From assembly GCA_963712275.1 (NCBI GenBank), contig CAVQHD010000001.1, positions 1,120,001 through 1,184,000 on the forward strand: a stretch of 64,000 nucleotides of DNA. The letters are read 5' to 3'. The notes below the pieces were generated by a model, which worked only from the letters and a program-made list of their open reading frames with translations, had not been told where the DNA came from and did not search any database. The translations under genes were made by a program, and so were the position numbers. The stretch comes from an uncultured Rhabdochlamydiaceae bacterium. GTDB lineage: Bacteria; Chlamydiota; Chlamydiia; Chlamydiales; Rhabdochlamydiaceae. Shown piece after piece: positions 1 through 8,418 of this stretch (position 1 is its first letter; each line of letters begins with the position of its first letter).

Positions 1-113
1 CCTGTGACGAATAACCCCAATGCAATGCCGGGAACGATGAAAACCAGTCCCTTACCTTCAGTCTTTTAGTAGATTTATTTCTCTCAATTCAGTACGGTGA
101 AAGGTGAAGATTG

Positions 114-1133
114 ATGATGCAAAAAGAAGAGATTGAATACCATTTTTTTAAGGCAGATCCTCAGACTGTGCTCAAGACAATGGGGAAGGAAAAACTTCTC
201 CATTGCCTGAGGGAAATGCTTTTGATCCGAAATTTCGAAATTCGGGCAGAAGCAGCGTATCTTCAGGGAAAAATTGGGGGTTTTTTTCACTCTTACATGG
301 GTCAAGAGGCAATTCAGACGGCGGCTGTCCAGGTGATGGGACGGAATCAGTGGTGGATCACCTCTTACCGATGCCATGCGCTTGCCCTTCTTTTGGGCGC
401 CACTCCGAATGAACTGATGGCGGAGCTTTTTGGGAGAGCTACGGGGAATGCCAAGGGGCGCGGCGGGTCAATGCATTTTTATACGGACCGTCTTTTGGGA
501 GGATTTGGAATTGTAGCGGGGCAAGTTCCTGTTGCGACAGGCGCGGCTTTTTCAATGAAATACCTTAAGCAAAAGGGGGTTGCCGTTTGTTTTCTAGGAG
601 ATGGAGCTGTAGCTCAAGGCTCTTTCCATGAAGCTCTGAACATTGCTTCTCTATGGGACCTTCCTTGCATCTACGTCATTGAAAATAACCAGTGGGGAAT
701 GGGCACTGCTGTTAGTCGGGCCATTGCTGCGCAGCCTATTGCTGAGAAGCAAGCGGTGAGCTACAACATGAAGTCGTACACCTTCGATGGAATGGATTTA
801 CTCAGCTGTTATGCCGGTTTTTCTCATGTGTTTGAAGAGGTTTTAGCAACATCAAGACCTGTCATTATTGAGGCTGTCACAGAGCGGTTTCGAGGGCATT
901 CGATTTCAGATCCTGCAAGCTATCGGTCAAAAGAGCTTCTTTCAAAATGCATGGAGCGAGATCCTATTCTGATGTTTTATAAACTGCTTGTGGAAGAAAA
1001 AATCATCACGGAAGAGCAGTATGAGGCGCTTGATAAAGAGCAAAAAAACACTGTTTTAGAGGCGCTAAAATTTGCTGAAGGAAGCCCCTGGCCTGACCCG
1101 ATTACTTTAGAAGAGGATGTATTTGCCCTATGA
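114..1133 (+). CDS. pdhA: Pyruvate dehydrogenase E1 alpha subunit
   Basis: GKIGGFFHSYMGQEA, KGRGGSMH, TPP-binding GDGA...ENNQWGMGT and RFRGHSISDP motifs. First gene of pdhABC. ATG at 114 or 117. Confidence 0.96.
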   Translation: MMQKEEIEYHFFKADPQTVLKTMGKEKLLHCLREMLLIRNFEIRAEAAYLQGKIGGFFHSYMGQEAIQTAAVQVMGRNQWWITSYRCHALALLLGATPNELMAELFGRATGNAKGRGGSMHFYTDRLLGGFGIVAGQVPVATGAAFSMKYLKQKGVAVCFLGDGAVAQGSFHEALNIASLWDLPCIYVIENNQWGMGTAVSRAIAAQPIAEKQAVSYNMKSYTFDGMDLLSCYAGFSHVFEEVLATSRPVIIEAVTERFRGHSISDPASYRSKELLSKCMERDPILMFYKLLVEEKIITEEQYEALDKEQKNTVLEALKFAEGSPWPDPITLEEDVFAL

Positions 1134-2110
1134 CTGTTCAGCTGATTGAAATGCGTGAAGCGATCCGGCAGGCGCTCGATGAAGAGATGGCTCGCGACTC
1201 CCGTGTTTTTATCATAGGAGAAGAGGTTGCCGAATATCAGGGTGCTTATAAAGTGACAAAGGGAATGCTCGCCAAGTGGGGCCCGGAGCGGGTGATTGAC
1301 ACCCCCATCGCCGAGGAGGGGTTTGCAGGCCTTGCAATTGGAGCTGCGATGACAGGACTTCGGCCTGTGGTTGAGTTCATGAGTTTCAACTTCTCTTTTG
1401 TTGCTGCAGATCAAATCATTTCAAACGCAGCTAAAATGTATTACATGTCAGGAAGCCGTTTTTCAGTGCCGGTTGTTTTTAGAGGACCTAATGGAGCAGC
1501 AGCTCAAGTCTCTTCCCAACATTCTCACTGTGTTGAATCCATTTATGGCAACCTTCCGGGGCTCATCATCCTTGTTCCGAGCAATCCTTATGATGCAAAA
1601 GGGCTTCTGAAGTCTGCTATTCGAAATAACAACCCTGTGCTTTTTCTTGAAAATGAACTCTCTTACGGGGATAAAATGGAAATCCCCACCGAAGAATATT
1701 TGGTTCCGATTGGAAAAGCCAAGGTTATCACAGAAGGAGACTGCCTCACGCTAGTCTCTCATGGACGGATGGTGCTTCTATGCCAGCAGGTTGTCAAACA
1801 ATTTGCACAGAAAGGGATTCAGATTGAACTGATAGATCTACGGACTATCAAACCGCTCGATATTGCGACGGTTGCAAATTCTGTTCGGAAAACCCACCAT
1901 GTTGTCCTCGTCGAAGAGGGACATGATTTTGGGGGGATTTGCGCAGAGGTGGGGTTTGAAATCCAAGAGCATTGTTTCGGCTTTCTCGACGCTGCAATTC
2001 GCCGTGTCACACAACGCAGCACACCAATGCCGTATTCAAAAGCTCTTGAAAAAGAGACAATGCCAACGGAAGAACGGATTACGGATGCGATCTTGGAGAC
2101 TTTAAAATAG
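1130..2110 (+). CDS. pdhB: Pyruvate dehydrogenase E1 beta subunit
   Basis: GEEVAEYQGAYKVT, DTPIAEEGF, FRGPNGAAAQVSSQHS. ATGA overlap with pdhA. Confidence 0.96.
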   Translation: MTVQLIEMREAIRQALDEEMARDSRVFIIGEEVAEYQGAYKVTKGMLAKWGPERVIDTPIAEEGFAGLAIGAAMTGLRPVVEFMSFNFSFVAADQIISNAAKMYYMSGSRFSVPVVFRGPNGAAAQVSSQHSHCVESIYGNLPGLIILVPSNPYDAKGLLKSAIRNNNPVLFLENELSYGDKMEIPTEEYLVPIGKAKVITEGDCLTLVSHGRMVLLCQQVVKQFAQKGIQIELIDLRTIKPLDIATVANSVRKTHHVVLVEEGHDFGGICAEVGFEIQEHCFGFLDAAIRRVTQRSTPMPYSKALEKETMPTEERITDAILETLK

Positions 2111-2121
2111 GAGAAAGCTCT

Positions 2122-3399
2122 ATGCCATTTACCCTGACGATGCCTAAACTGTCTCCAACAATGGAAGAAGGGACCATTGCAAAATGGTGTAAAAAAGAAG
2201 GAGATTTTGTTAAAGCAGGCGAAGTTCTTCTTGAGATTGCAACTGATAAAGCAACGGTTGAACATGCGGCTCTTGACGCAGGATATCTTCGCAAAATCTT
2301 AATGAAAGAAGGGGGATCTGCGATCGTCAATCAACCGATTGCGATTTTTACTGAAAAGAAAGAGGAAAGCATTGAAGGGTATAAACCCGAAGGTACTTTG
2401 CCCCAGCTTGCTGTCGCAGCTCCTGCCTCTCAGGCCTCCCAGACGTCTAATGAGAAAAAAACCGTTTCCGTTGGAATATCTCAACCCGCATTTATTCCTG
2501 AGCCGCCTCTTCAAGGGTATACATTTTCTCAGCCTCTAGAAGGGTATGTGCCCGCCTCTCCGCTTGCTAAGAGACTAGCTAAAGAAAAAGGGATTGATTT
2601 GTCGACTGTCAAAGGGACAGGCCCAGGACATCGGATTGTGAGCCGAGATCTTGATTTGGGACAGCCTGATCTTCCTGTGACTTTTGGACGGCATGAGACT
2701 CCACAGCATGCTCCTGGCACCTATGAAGAAGAGCCTCTGACGCCTGTACGTAAAACCATTGCATCCCGTCTGCAAGCTTCAAAGAGTTTTATTCCCCACT
2801 GTTATGTGACGATGGAGATTCGAGCTGAAAAACTGCTCGATCTTCGAGAGCAGCTCAAAACAGCTGGACTTCGCATCTCTGTCAATGACCTTGTCATTCG
2901 CGCCTGCAGCCTTGTTTTACGAGCCCAGCCTGAAATCAACAGCGGCTTTAACTCGGCTAATCAAACGATCATTCGATTCAAAACAGTCGATATTTCTGTC
3001 GCAGTTGCCATCCCCGATGGGCTGATTACCCCGATTATCCGGCATGCTGATTATAAGAATGTCGGAGAAATTAGCGCTGAGGTCAAAATACTGGCTCAAA
3101 AAGCAAAAGAAGGCAAACTTGCTCGAGAAGAGTATGTAGGGGGATCGTTCACAATTTCCAATCTTGGCATGTATGGAGTCTCCGATTTCAGCGCTATTAT
3201 CAACCCCCCTCAAGCTGCGATTTTAGCTGTTGGCGCCATCCAAGATAAGCCGGTGGTTGATGGTGAGCGCATTATTGCTGGCAAAGTGATGTCTCTGACG
3301 CTTTCTGTTGATCACCGCGTGATTGATGGGGCTGTAGCTGCGCTTTTCCTTAAAGCCATTCAACGGTTTTTAGAGCATCCCGCGGCTCTTTTGTTATGA
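2122..3399 (+). CDS. pdhC: Dihydrolipoamide acetyltransferase E2
   Basis: Lipoyl domain (MPKLSPTMEEG, EIATDKA), E3-binding ASPLAKRLA..GTGPG, catalytic DHRVIDG. Confidence 0.96.
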   Translation: MPFTLTMPKLSPTMEEGTIAKWCKKEGDFVKAGEVLLEIATDKATVEHAALDAGYLRKILMKEGGSAIVNQPIAIFTEKKEESIEGYKPEGTLPQLAVAAPASQASQTSNEKKTVSVGISQPAFIPEPPLQGYTFSQPLEGYVPASPLAKRLAKEKGIDLSTVKGTGPGHRIVSRDLDLGQPDLPVTFGRHETPQHAPGTYEEEPLTPVRKTIASRLQASKSFIPHCYVTMEIRAEKLLDLREQLKTAGLRISVNDLVIRACSLVLRAQPEINSGFNSANQTIIRFKTVDISVAVAIPDGLITPIIRHADYKNVGEISAEVKILAQKAKEGKLAREEYVGGSFTISNLGMYGVSDFSAIINPPQAAILAVGAIQDKPVVDGERIIAGKVMSLTLSVDHRVIDGAVAALFLKAIQRFLEHPAALLL

Positions 3400-3420
3400 G
3401 GGAGTTTTGAGAGCTCCCTC
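3398..3420. terminator. Hairpin between convergent pdhC and corA
   Basis: GAGGGAGTT-ttgag-AGCTCCCTC inverted repeat with one G-U pair, filling the gap between the two stop codons. Confidence 0.5.
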
Positions 3421-4340
3421 TATAACCACCGTTTCCGCTGAAAGTAGACGACGGCGGCTGTAACAATCATGAGGATGACACCGAGGATATAAAGAAACGC
3501 CCAGGGGTGCGTTGAGAGGGGAAGAGAGATATTCATTCCATACAAACTTGCAATCATTGTGGGGATATTGAATAAGATCGTTAGTGCGGTCAACAGCTTA
3601 ATGGTTTTGTGTAAGTTATTTGTAAAAATGATCTGATAAGAGTCGCGGAGCGATCGAATGCTTTTTAAACTGATATTGCAGAGATCTTCCGACTGTCTGA
3701 CGGCATTGAGAAGGTCATCGAGGAGTTCATGATCTTTTTCGTAAAGATTTGTGTATTTTCCTGAAGTAATCGCTTCCAGTACGCTTCTTAGGGGGACAAG
3801 AGCGGCCATATATTGGTTTAAAATCTCTTCACTTTTTGTCAGCTCTGTGATGTCTTCGCTATCAACTGAAATGATCTCTTTTTCCTGCCGGAGAACGTTA
3901 TGCCGAACCCGTCGAATATGGGCTGTGAATTCTTGGGTAATTTTTAAAAGGAGCGAAATCAGTAGTTTAGATTTTTGAAGAGTCGACAATTTGTTTTTCT
4001 GCTCAATAAATTGGTGAATTAAATGGCTTTGATGAGGGGAAACTGTAGCGATATAATGAGGGGTTAAAATCACTGTGAGAGTTGATGTGTAAAGACCTGC
4101 TTCATACTCTGTTGGATACCGGGTAAAGATCAAAACAGTGCCTTGAATTTTTTCTACGCGGGGAATTTCAAATTTATCCAAACAATCTTGTAAATCTGCT
4201 ACTTCTAGCCCGAGCCTTTGGGCAAGGAGGGCAATTTCATCACTCGTGGCATCTTCTATATGAATCCAGCACCCTTCGCGCACCTCAGGAATGAGTTGAA
4301 ACTCTTCATCGCGAACTGTTTTATAATAATACTCAGTCAT
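3420..4340 (-). CDS. corA: CorA-family Mg2+/divalent cation transporter
   Basis: C-terminal PTMIASLYGMN signature, two TM helices and an xRKRWL end. Confidence 0.9.
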   Translation of the reverse strand: MTEYYYKTVRDEEFQLIPEVREGCWIHIEDATSDEIALLAQRLGLEVADLQDCLDKFEIPRVEKIQGTVLIFTRYPTEYEAGLYTSTLTVILTPHYIATVSPHQSHLIHQFIEQKNKLSTLQKSKLLISLLLKITQEFTAHIRRVRHNVLRQEKEIISVDSEDITELTKSEEILNQYMAALVPLRSVLEAITSGKYTNLYEKDHELLDDLLNAVRQSEDLCNISLKSIRSLRDSYQIIFTNNLHKTIKLLTALTILFNIPTMIASLYGMNISLPLSTHPWAFLYILGVILMIVTAAVVYFQRKRWL

Positions 4341-4501
4341 CAACTTGATCTATCTCAAGAGATCTGATTTTGAGCAAGGGGAGTGATACGAATGTGTCCC
4401 TATCACAGACAAAAAAAATTGCAGGATATGTTGAAATGTCTATAAAATGAGCGTGAAACATAAAAATCTTGTTAAGGAAAAACCAAAAAAAGGAGGTTTT
4501 T

Positions 4502-5116
4502 ATGAGAAACATAAACCATAAATGGAGGATTGCACAGACTGCTTTTATCCTCTCTATTTTTTTGATGAGTTATTCAAATTTGCATGCAAGAGATCTAAAA
4601 GAGAAAGTTAAAAGGGGCGTTGAAAGCGCTTCTGAAAGTATCAAAAAGAAGGTTGATGAGCTTGCAGGAGATGCTGCAGCACTTCAGTCTTATTTTGATG
4701 AGTATAATTGGAATGGCATGATTGAAGATGAGGTGACAGTAGAGCCTGCGACCTTAAGTAACGTTCAAATGAACGGTCATTCAAAGGCAACTATTGTAAA
4801 GCCTGGAGAAGAAATAGAATGTCAAGCAAATTGCTTTCTTGATCCCAATAAATGTTCTTCTTTGTCTTTCTATCGAATAGTCATTGGAATTAAGGGGGAA
4901 GGAGCACAAACGACCATTGGCAACTACTTAGGAACTGTTGCTGGAAAAAGTACCGAAAAGTGGGTACTCAGAGCTCCTGAAAAACCAGGGATCTATGAAG
5001 TTCGTTTTAGAGTTGTGACGCACTTTACAGAATCTGAGGCTTTAAAGTCTTGGGTTGATGAGAAAGGTAAAGAGCCCGATGCAAAAACAACAATTGGAAT
5101 TGTTGTAGTCCAGTAA
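4502..5116 (+). CDS. Hypothetical exported protein with a beta-rich C-terminal domain
   Basis: AGGAGG RBS before ATG 4502, signal-peptide-like N-terminus, followed by a strong terminator. Confidence 0.7.
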   Translation: MRNINHKWRIAQTAFILSIFLMSYSNLHARDLKEKVKRGVESASESIKKKVDELAGDAAALQSYFDEYNWNGMIEDEVTVEPATLSNVQMNGHSKATIVKPGEEIECQANCFLDPNKCSSLSFYRIVIGIKGEGAQTTIGNYLGTVAGKSTEKWVLRAPEKPGIYEVRFRVVTHFTESEALKSWVDEKGKEPDAKTTIGIVVVQ

Positions 5117-5128
5117 GAGAGAATGATT

Positions 5129-5162
5129 CCCCCCTTCCCCTAAAGGGGAAGGGGGGGTTTTT
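5129..5162 (+). terminator. Intrinsic terminator
   Basis: CCCCCCTTCCCC-taaa-GGGGAAGGGGGG 12-bp perfect stem followed by GTTTTT. Confidence 0.85.
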
Positions 5163-5241
5163 GTGTAGCTGTATTTTCAACTTTTCATCTTAAAACAGTC
5201 TCTTATGCATTCAAGGGCTGGGTTGCTCACCATCCTCTTTA

Positions 5242-6036
5242 TTAATAACAAACATTAAAGGTGAGCTTTCCCCCAATGGCATTTGCATCACTATGGCTAT
5301 TTAATTTGAGGTAGTAAGGCTCTAGTCTTAAGGCCCAGTTTTTGGCATCTCCTATTTTTAAAGTCAAAGGAAAGGAGATTTCATACCCAAAGACATTGGT
5401 ATTATTATGATAAAAAGAGGAGTATTTATGCTTTTTAATTCGCTGTTCTAGGTAAACAGCATGAGTGCCTGTCAGATTAACTCCTATACTGAAATCAGGA
5501 TTAACCTCATATTCTGTTTTCATCCCCATAGCTGCATAAAGCCAGTTTTGGACATAGTGAATCGATTGGATAGGTCGTACATGGTAACCGCCAAACCCAA
5601 TGAAGGGTGTCAAATAAAAAGACTCAGGAAGATGAAAATTATAGCCAAGCCGTAATTCCGCATTGGCAAAAGCCCCCGGGACATGACCTTGATAGATTTT
5701 AGTTTTTTGATGCTGAGCTTTAATATGCATTCGACCCAAGGCATATAATCCATCAATTCCAAGATAAAGAGCATTAGGCCTTAGGAATTCATACCCTGCT
5801 GTGAGGCCATAGTAGATGCTATGGTCTTTGACATGAATCTCTTTAATAGCAGGTGCTGTGTTGGTCCAAAAAACCTCTGGGCCAAAATAAAAACGATCTC
5901 GTTTTGATGTTTGTAAGATAAGGGTTTTTGTCCCTTCTTCTGTTGTTTTGACAACAACCGTATCAGAATTTTGTCCACTTAAAGAGCAGCTGCCTATTAA
6001 GGCTACGAAAATGGTTTTTAAAGATAGTTGTTTCAT
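5242..6036 (-). CDS. Putative outer-membrane beta-barrel protein
   Basis: AGGAGG RBS, signal peptide, alternating aromatic/Gly beta-strand pattern and a C-terminal aromatic residue (GGKLTFNVCY). Confidence 0.7.
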   Translation of the reverse strand: MKQLSLKTIFVALIGSCSLSGQNSDTVVVKTTEEGTKTLILQTSKRDRFYFGPEVFWTNTAPAIKEIHVKDHSIYYGLTAGYEFLRPNALYLGIDGLYALGRMHIKAQHQKTKIYQGHVPGAFANAELRLGYNFHLPESFYLTPFIGFGGYHVRPIQSIHYVQNWLYAAMGMKTEYEVNPDFSIGVNLTGTHAVYLEQRIKKHKYSSFYHNNTNVFGYEISFPLTLKIGDAKNWALRLEPYYLKLNSHSDANAIGGKLTFNVCY

Positions 6037-6245
6037 AGAGCACCTCCTGTCATTGTTTTGTGTGCTTCTGAAATCAACCATATCCAAATCTAAAAAATTA
6101 ACGCAATCTTAATCGCATTTGAATCACATGCTCTATGGTATATTGAAAATATCCGTCTTTATCATTTGTTGTGAAGTTAACAATATGTTTACAAAAAAAA
6201 GAAAAAATAAAAACATAGAGGCAAGGATTTCAAAGGGGAATCCTA

Positions 6246-6305
6246 GGTAAGCTGGGAGGGATAGGTCTTTTTAAAACCTATCCCGGCCTATTCTCCCAGC
6301 TTACC
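6246..6305 (+). other. Long bulged stem-loop upstream of the repeat-protein gene (possible structured leader)
   Basis: GGTAAGCTGGGAG (6246-6258) pairs with CTCCCAGCTTACC (6293-6305). Inner GGGATAGGT pairs with ACCTATCCC. Confidence 0.6.
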
Positions 6306-6329
6306 GAAAACCTAAAGAAGAGGTATACT

Positions 6330-6797
6330 ATGGCTATACGAACAAAAATCCGTCGAGCAGGGCATGTACATCACGCTACCCGCCCTACACGTAAATCACA
6401 AATCTCAAAAAGAGGGATTTATAACCGTGATCCGCAAGAGCTTGGACATACTTTAGAAAAAGCTCGGATCGCATCGCAAGCTCGAAGTCATGAAGAAAAA
6501 TCAGAAGCTGCACGTAGAGCAATTCAACACCGTGATCCGCAAGAGTTAAGAGATACGCTTCAAAAAGCTCGCATGGCATCGCAAGCTCGAAGTCATGAAG
6601 AAAAGTCGGAAGCTGCCCGCTTGGCAATTCAACACCGTGATCCTAAGGAATTACATGAGACGTTGCGAAAAGCTCGCAAAGTATCGCAAGCTCGAGGTTC
6701 TCACGGTCATGGAGAAGAACAGTTTCATTCTGCGCAAAAAGAGGATCAGGATGGAGGGATTGTTTCTTATCTTCAAAACATTGATGAGGGGATTTAG
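6330..6797 (+). CDS. Hydrophilic basic protein with ~2.6 tandem 35-aa repeats
   Basis: GAGG RBS. Repeat unit HRDPQELxxTLxKARxASQARSHEEKSEAARxAIQ with a 105-bp DNA period. Confidence 0.75.
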   Translation: MAIRTKIRRAGHVHHATRPTRKSQISKRGIYNRDPQELGHTLEKARIASQARSHEEKSEAARRAIQHRDPQELRDTLQKARMASQARSHEEKSEAARLAIQHRDPKELHETLRKARKVSQARGSHGHGEEQFHSAQKEDQDGGIVSYLQNIDEGI

Positions 6798-7831
6798 CTT
6801 AATTGAAGTTTTGCAATTTTCTCTTCTAATTGTCTGACTTGGACTGCAAGTTTGCGGATGTTTTTAAGGTGGACTTGATCCCGCTGATGTTCTGAAAGAG
6901 CAATAGCGGGATTGCCTCCAAACTTGCCAGGAGAGGTAATCGATTTTTTGATGCCACTACGGGCTGCAAATAAGGCTCCTGAAGAGATTTCAATATGGCC
7001 AACAGTTCCTGTTTGCCCTCCCATGACAACATATTTTCCAGTTTTAACAGAGCCGGAGATTCCTGTTTGAGAGACGATGAGGTTGTGGGCTCCCAGACAG
7101 ACGTTATGGGCGATTTGGACGAGATTATCGATTTTCGTGCCTTGAGAGATGCGGGTTTCTTTAAAGCGAGCTCGATCAATAGTTGTATTAGCCCCAATTT
7201 CGACGTCATCTTCAAGGACAACAATTCCTAATTGTTCTTGTTTTTGGTGTCTTCCTTGAGCATCGGTCGAGTAGCCAAAACCGCATGAGCCGATGACAGC
7301 CCCTGGTTGTAAAATGACGCGGTGGCCAAGGCGGCACCCTTCTCGGACTGTTGTGTGAGGATAGAGATGGCACTCTTCGCCCACAATGACTCCTGCGCAA
7401 AGGACCACGTGAGGCCCGATGATGCTTCCTCGTCCAATTTGGCATTGTGCGTCAATGACGGCATAAGGTCCGATGGTAACGTCGGATGCAAGGGAGGCAG
7501 AAGGGTGGATGACAGCTGTGGGGTGAATCGCGGTAAACCCAGAGGAGGGAAATCGACTTTTCCCGAAAAGTTCGACTAGTTTTTGAAATGTTTTAGAGGG
7601 ATCGGAAGAGATGAGATAATTTTTCCCTTGGACACGGTCGGTCATGGGATCAATGCAAACCACCCCGGCTTTTGTTGTTTCTAGGAAAGAACGGTACCGG
7701 GGATTTGAAAGAAAGGAAGCATCCGAGCTGCCGGCAGACTCAAGGTCTTCGACTCCGGAGACCAGATGATCAGGAATTCCTATCAGCTCAGATGCTGTTA
7801 GCTCAGCGAGCTCTTGGATGCTTTTCTGCAT
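6794..7831 (-). CDS. lpxD: UDP-3-O-acyl-glucosamine N-acyltransferase
   Basis: Hexapeptide repeats, IGSCGFGY, EIGANTTIDR, KIDNLVQIAHN; bamA-skp-lpxD order. Confidence 0.96.
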   Translation of the reverse strand: MQKSIQELAELTASELIGIPDHLVSGVEDLESAGSSDASFLSNPRYRSFLETTKAGVVCIDPMTDRVQGKNYLISSDPSKTFQKLVELFGKSRFPSSGFTAIHPTAVIHPSASLASDVTIGPYAVIDAQCQIGRGSIIGPHVVLCAGVIVGEECHLYPHTTVREGCRLGHRVILQPGAVIGSCGFGYSTDAQGRHQKQEQLGIVVLEDDVEIGANTTIDRARFKETRISQGTKIDNLVQIAHNVCLGAHNLIVSQTGISGSVKTGKYVVMGGQTGTVGHIEISSGALFAARSGIKKSITSPGKFGGNPAIALSEHQRDQVHLKNIRKLAVQVRQLEEKIAKLQLS

Positions 7832-8397
7832 TACTTTTTCTCAATTTCTTCAGGCTTAGGAGCGGAAGCGGTTTGTTTTTTTGCTTCTTCATCAAAATGG
7901 CTATCCATTTCTTTGAGGATCTCAGAGGTGATATCTCGAGAAGGAGCGTAAGAAAAACAGGCTTCTTTATTGAGGATGAAATCGTACCCTTTTTTAGAGG
8001 CAATTTGGTCTGCCGCATGGTTGATTCCACCGACGACTGTTTGCATAATTTTATACTGCCCCTGATTCATGAATTGGTAGTATTGTTGTTGATACCGTCC
8101 GAGTTCTTCGTGCAGTTGCGCAAATTTAGTTTTCATCGACTCTTCGGCCTCTTTAGAAAGGCCGTCAAGATAGTCTTTATCTTGAAGCTTGTCTGAAATT
8201 TCACGCATTTGTTTGTCGGTGTCTTCAACAAGTGTGACAAGTTGTTTACGCATTGTTTCAAAGGCGTTTTGTTCTTGTTTCCCAAGCTTTGACTCAGCAA
8301 CGCAGGTTTGAAAATTGACAATTCCTATCTTCTGCTCTGCGGCACACAGCTGAAGAGAAAGACAGGTGACAGTTAAAAAGGTTAATAATTTTTTCAT
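7831..8397 (-). CDS. skp: OmpH/Skp periplasmic chaperone
   Basis: Signal peptide, KIGIVNF, coiled-coil body, GYDFIL..DIT; lies between bamA and lpxD. Confidence 0.92.
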   Translation of the reverse strand: MKKLLTFLTVTCLSLQLCAAEQKIGIVNFQTCVAESKLGKQEQNAFETMRKQLVTLVEDTDKQMREISDKLQDKDYLDGLSKEAEESMKTKFAQLHEELGRYQQQYYQFMNQGQYKIMQTVVGGINHAADQIASKKGYDFILNKEACFSYAPSRDITSEILKEMDSHFDEEAKKQTASAPKPEEIEKK

Positions 8398-8418
8398 ATG
8401 TTCTCCTATAATTGATGT

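Noticed and set aside
1..69. Possible 3' end of an upstream gene (PVTNNPNAMPGTMKTSPLPSVF*)
   Set aside because: Too short to identify or support.
6224..6314. tRNA or known riboswitch
   Set aside because: No cloverleaf, T-loop or recognisable aptamer consensus; kept only as an unassigned hairpin.
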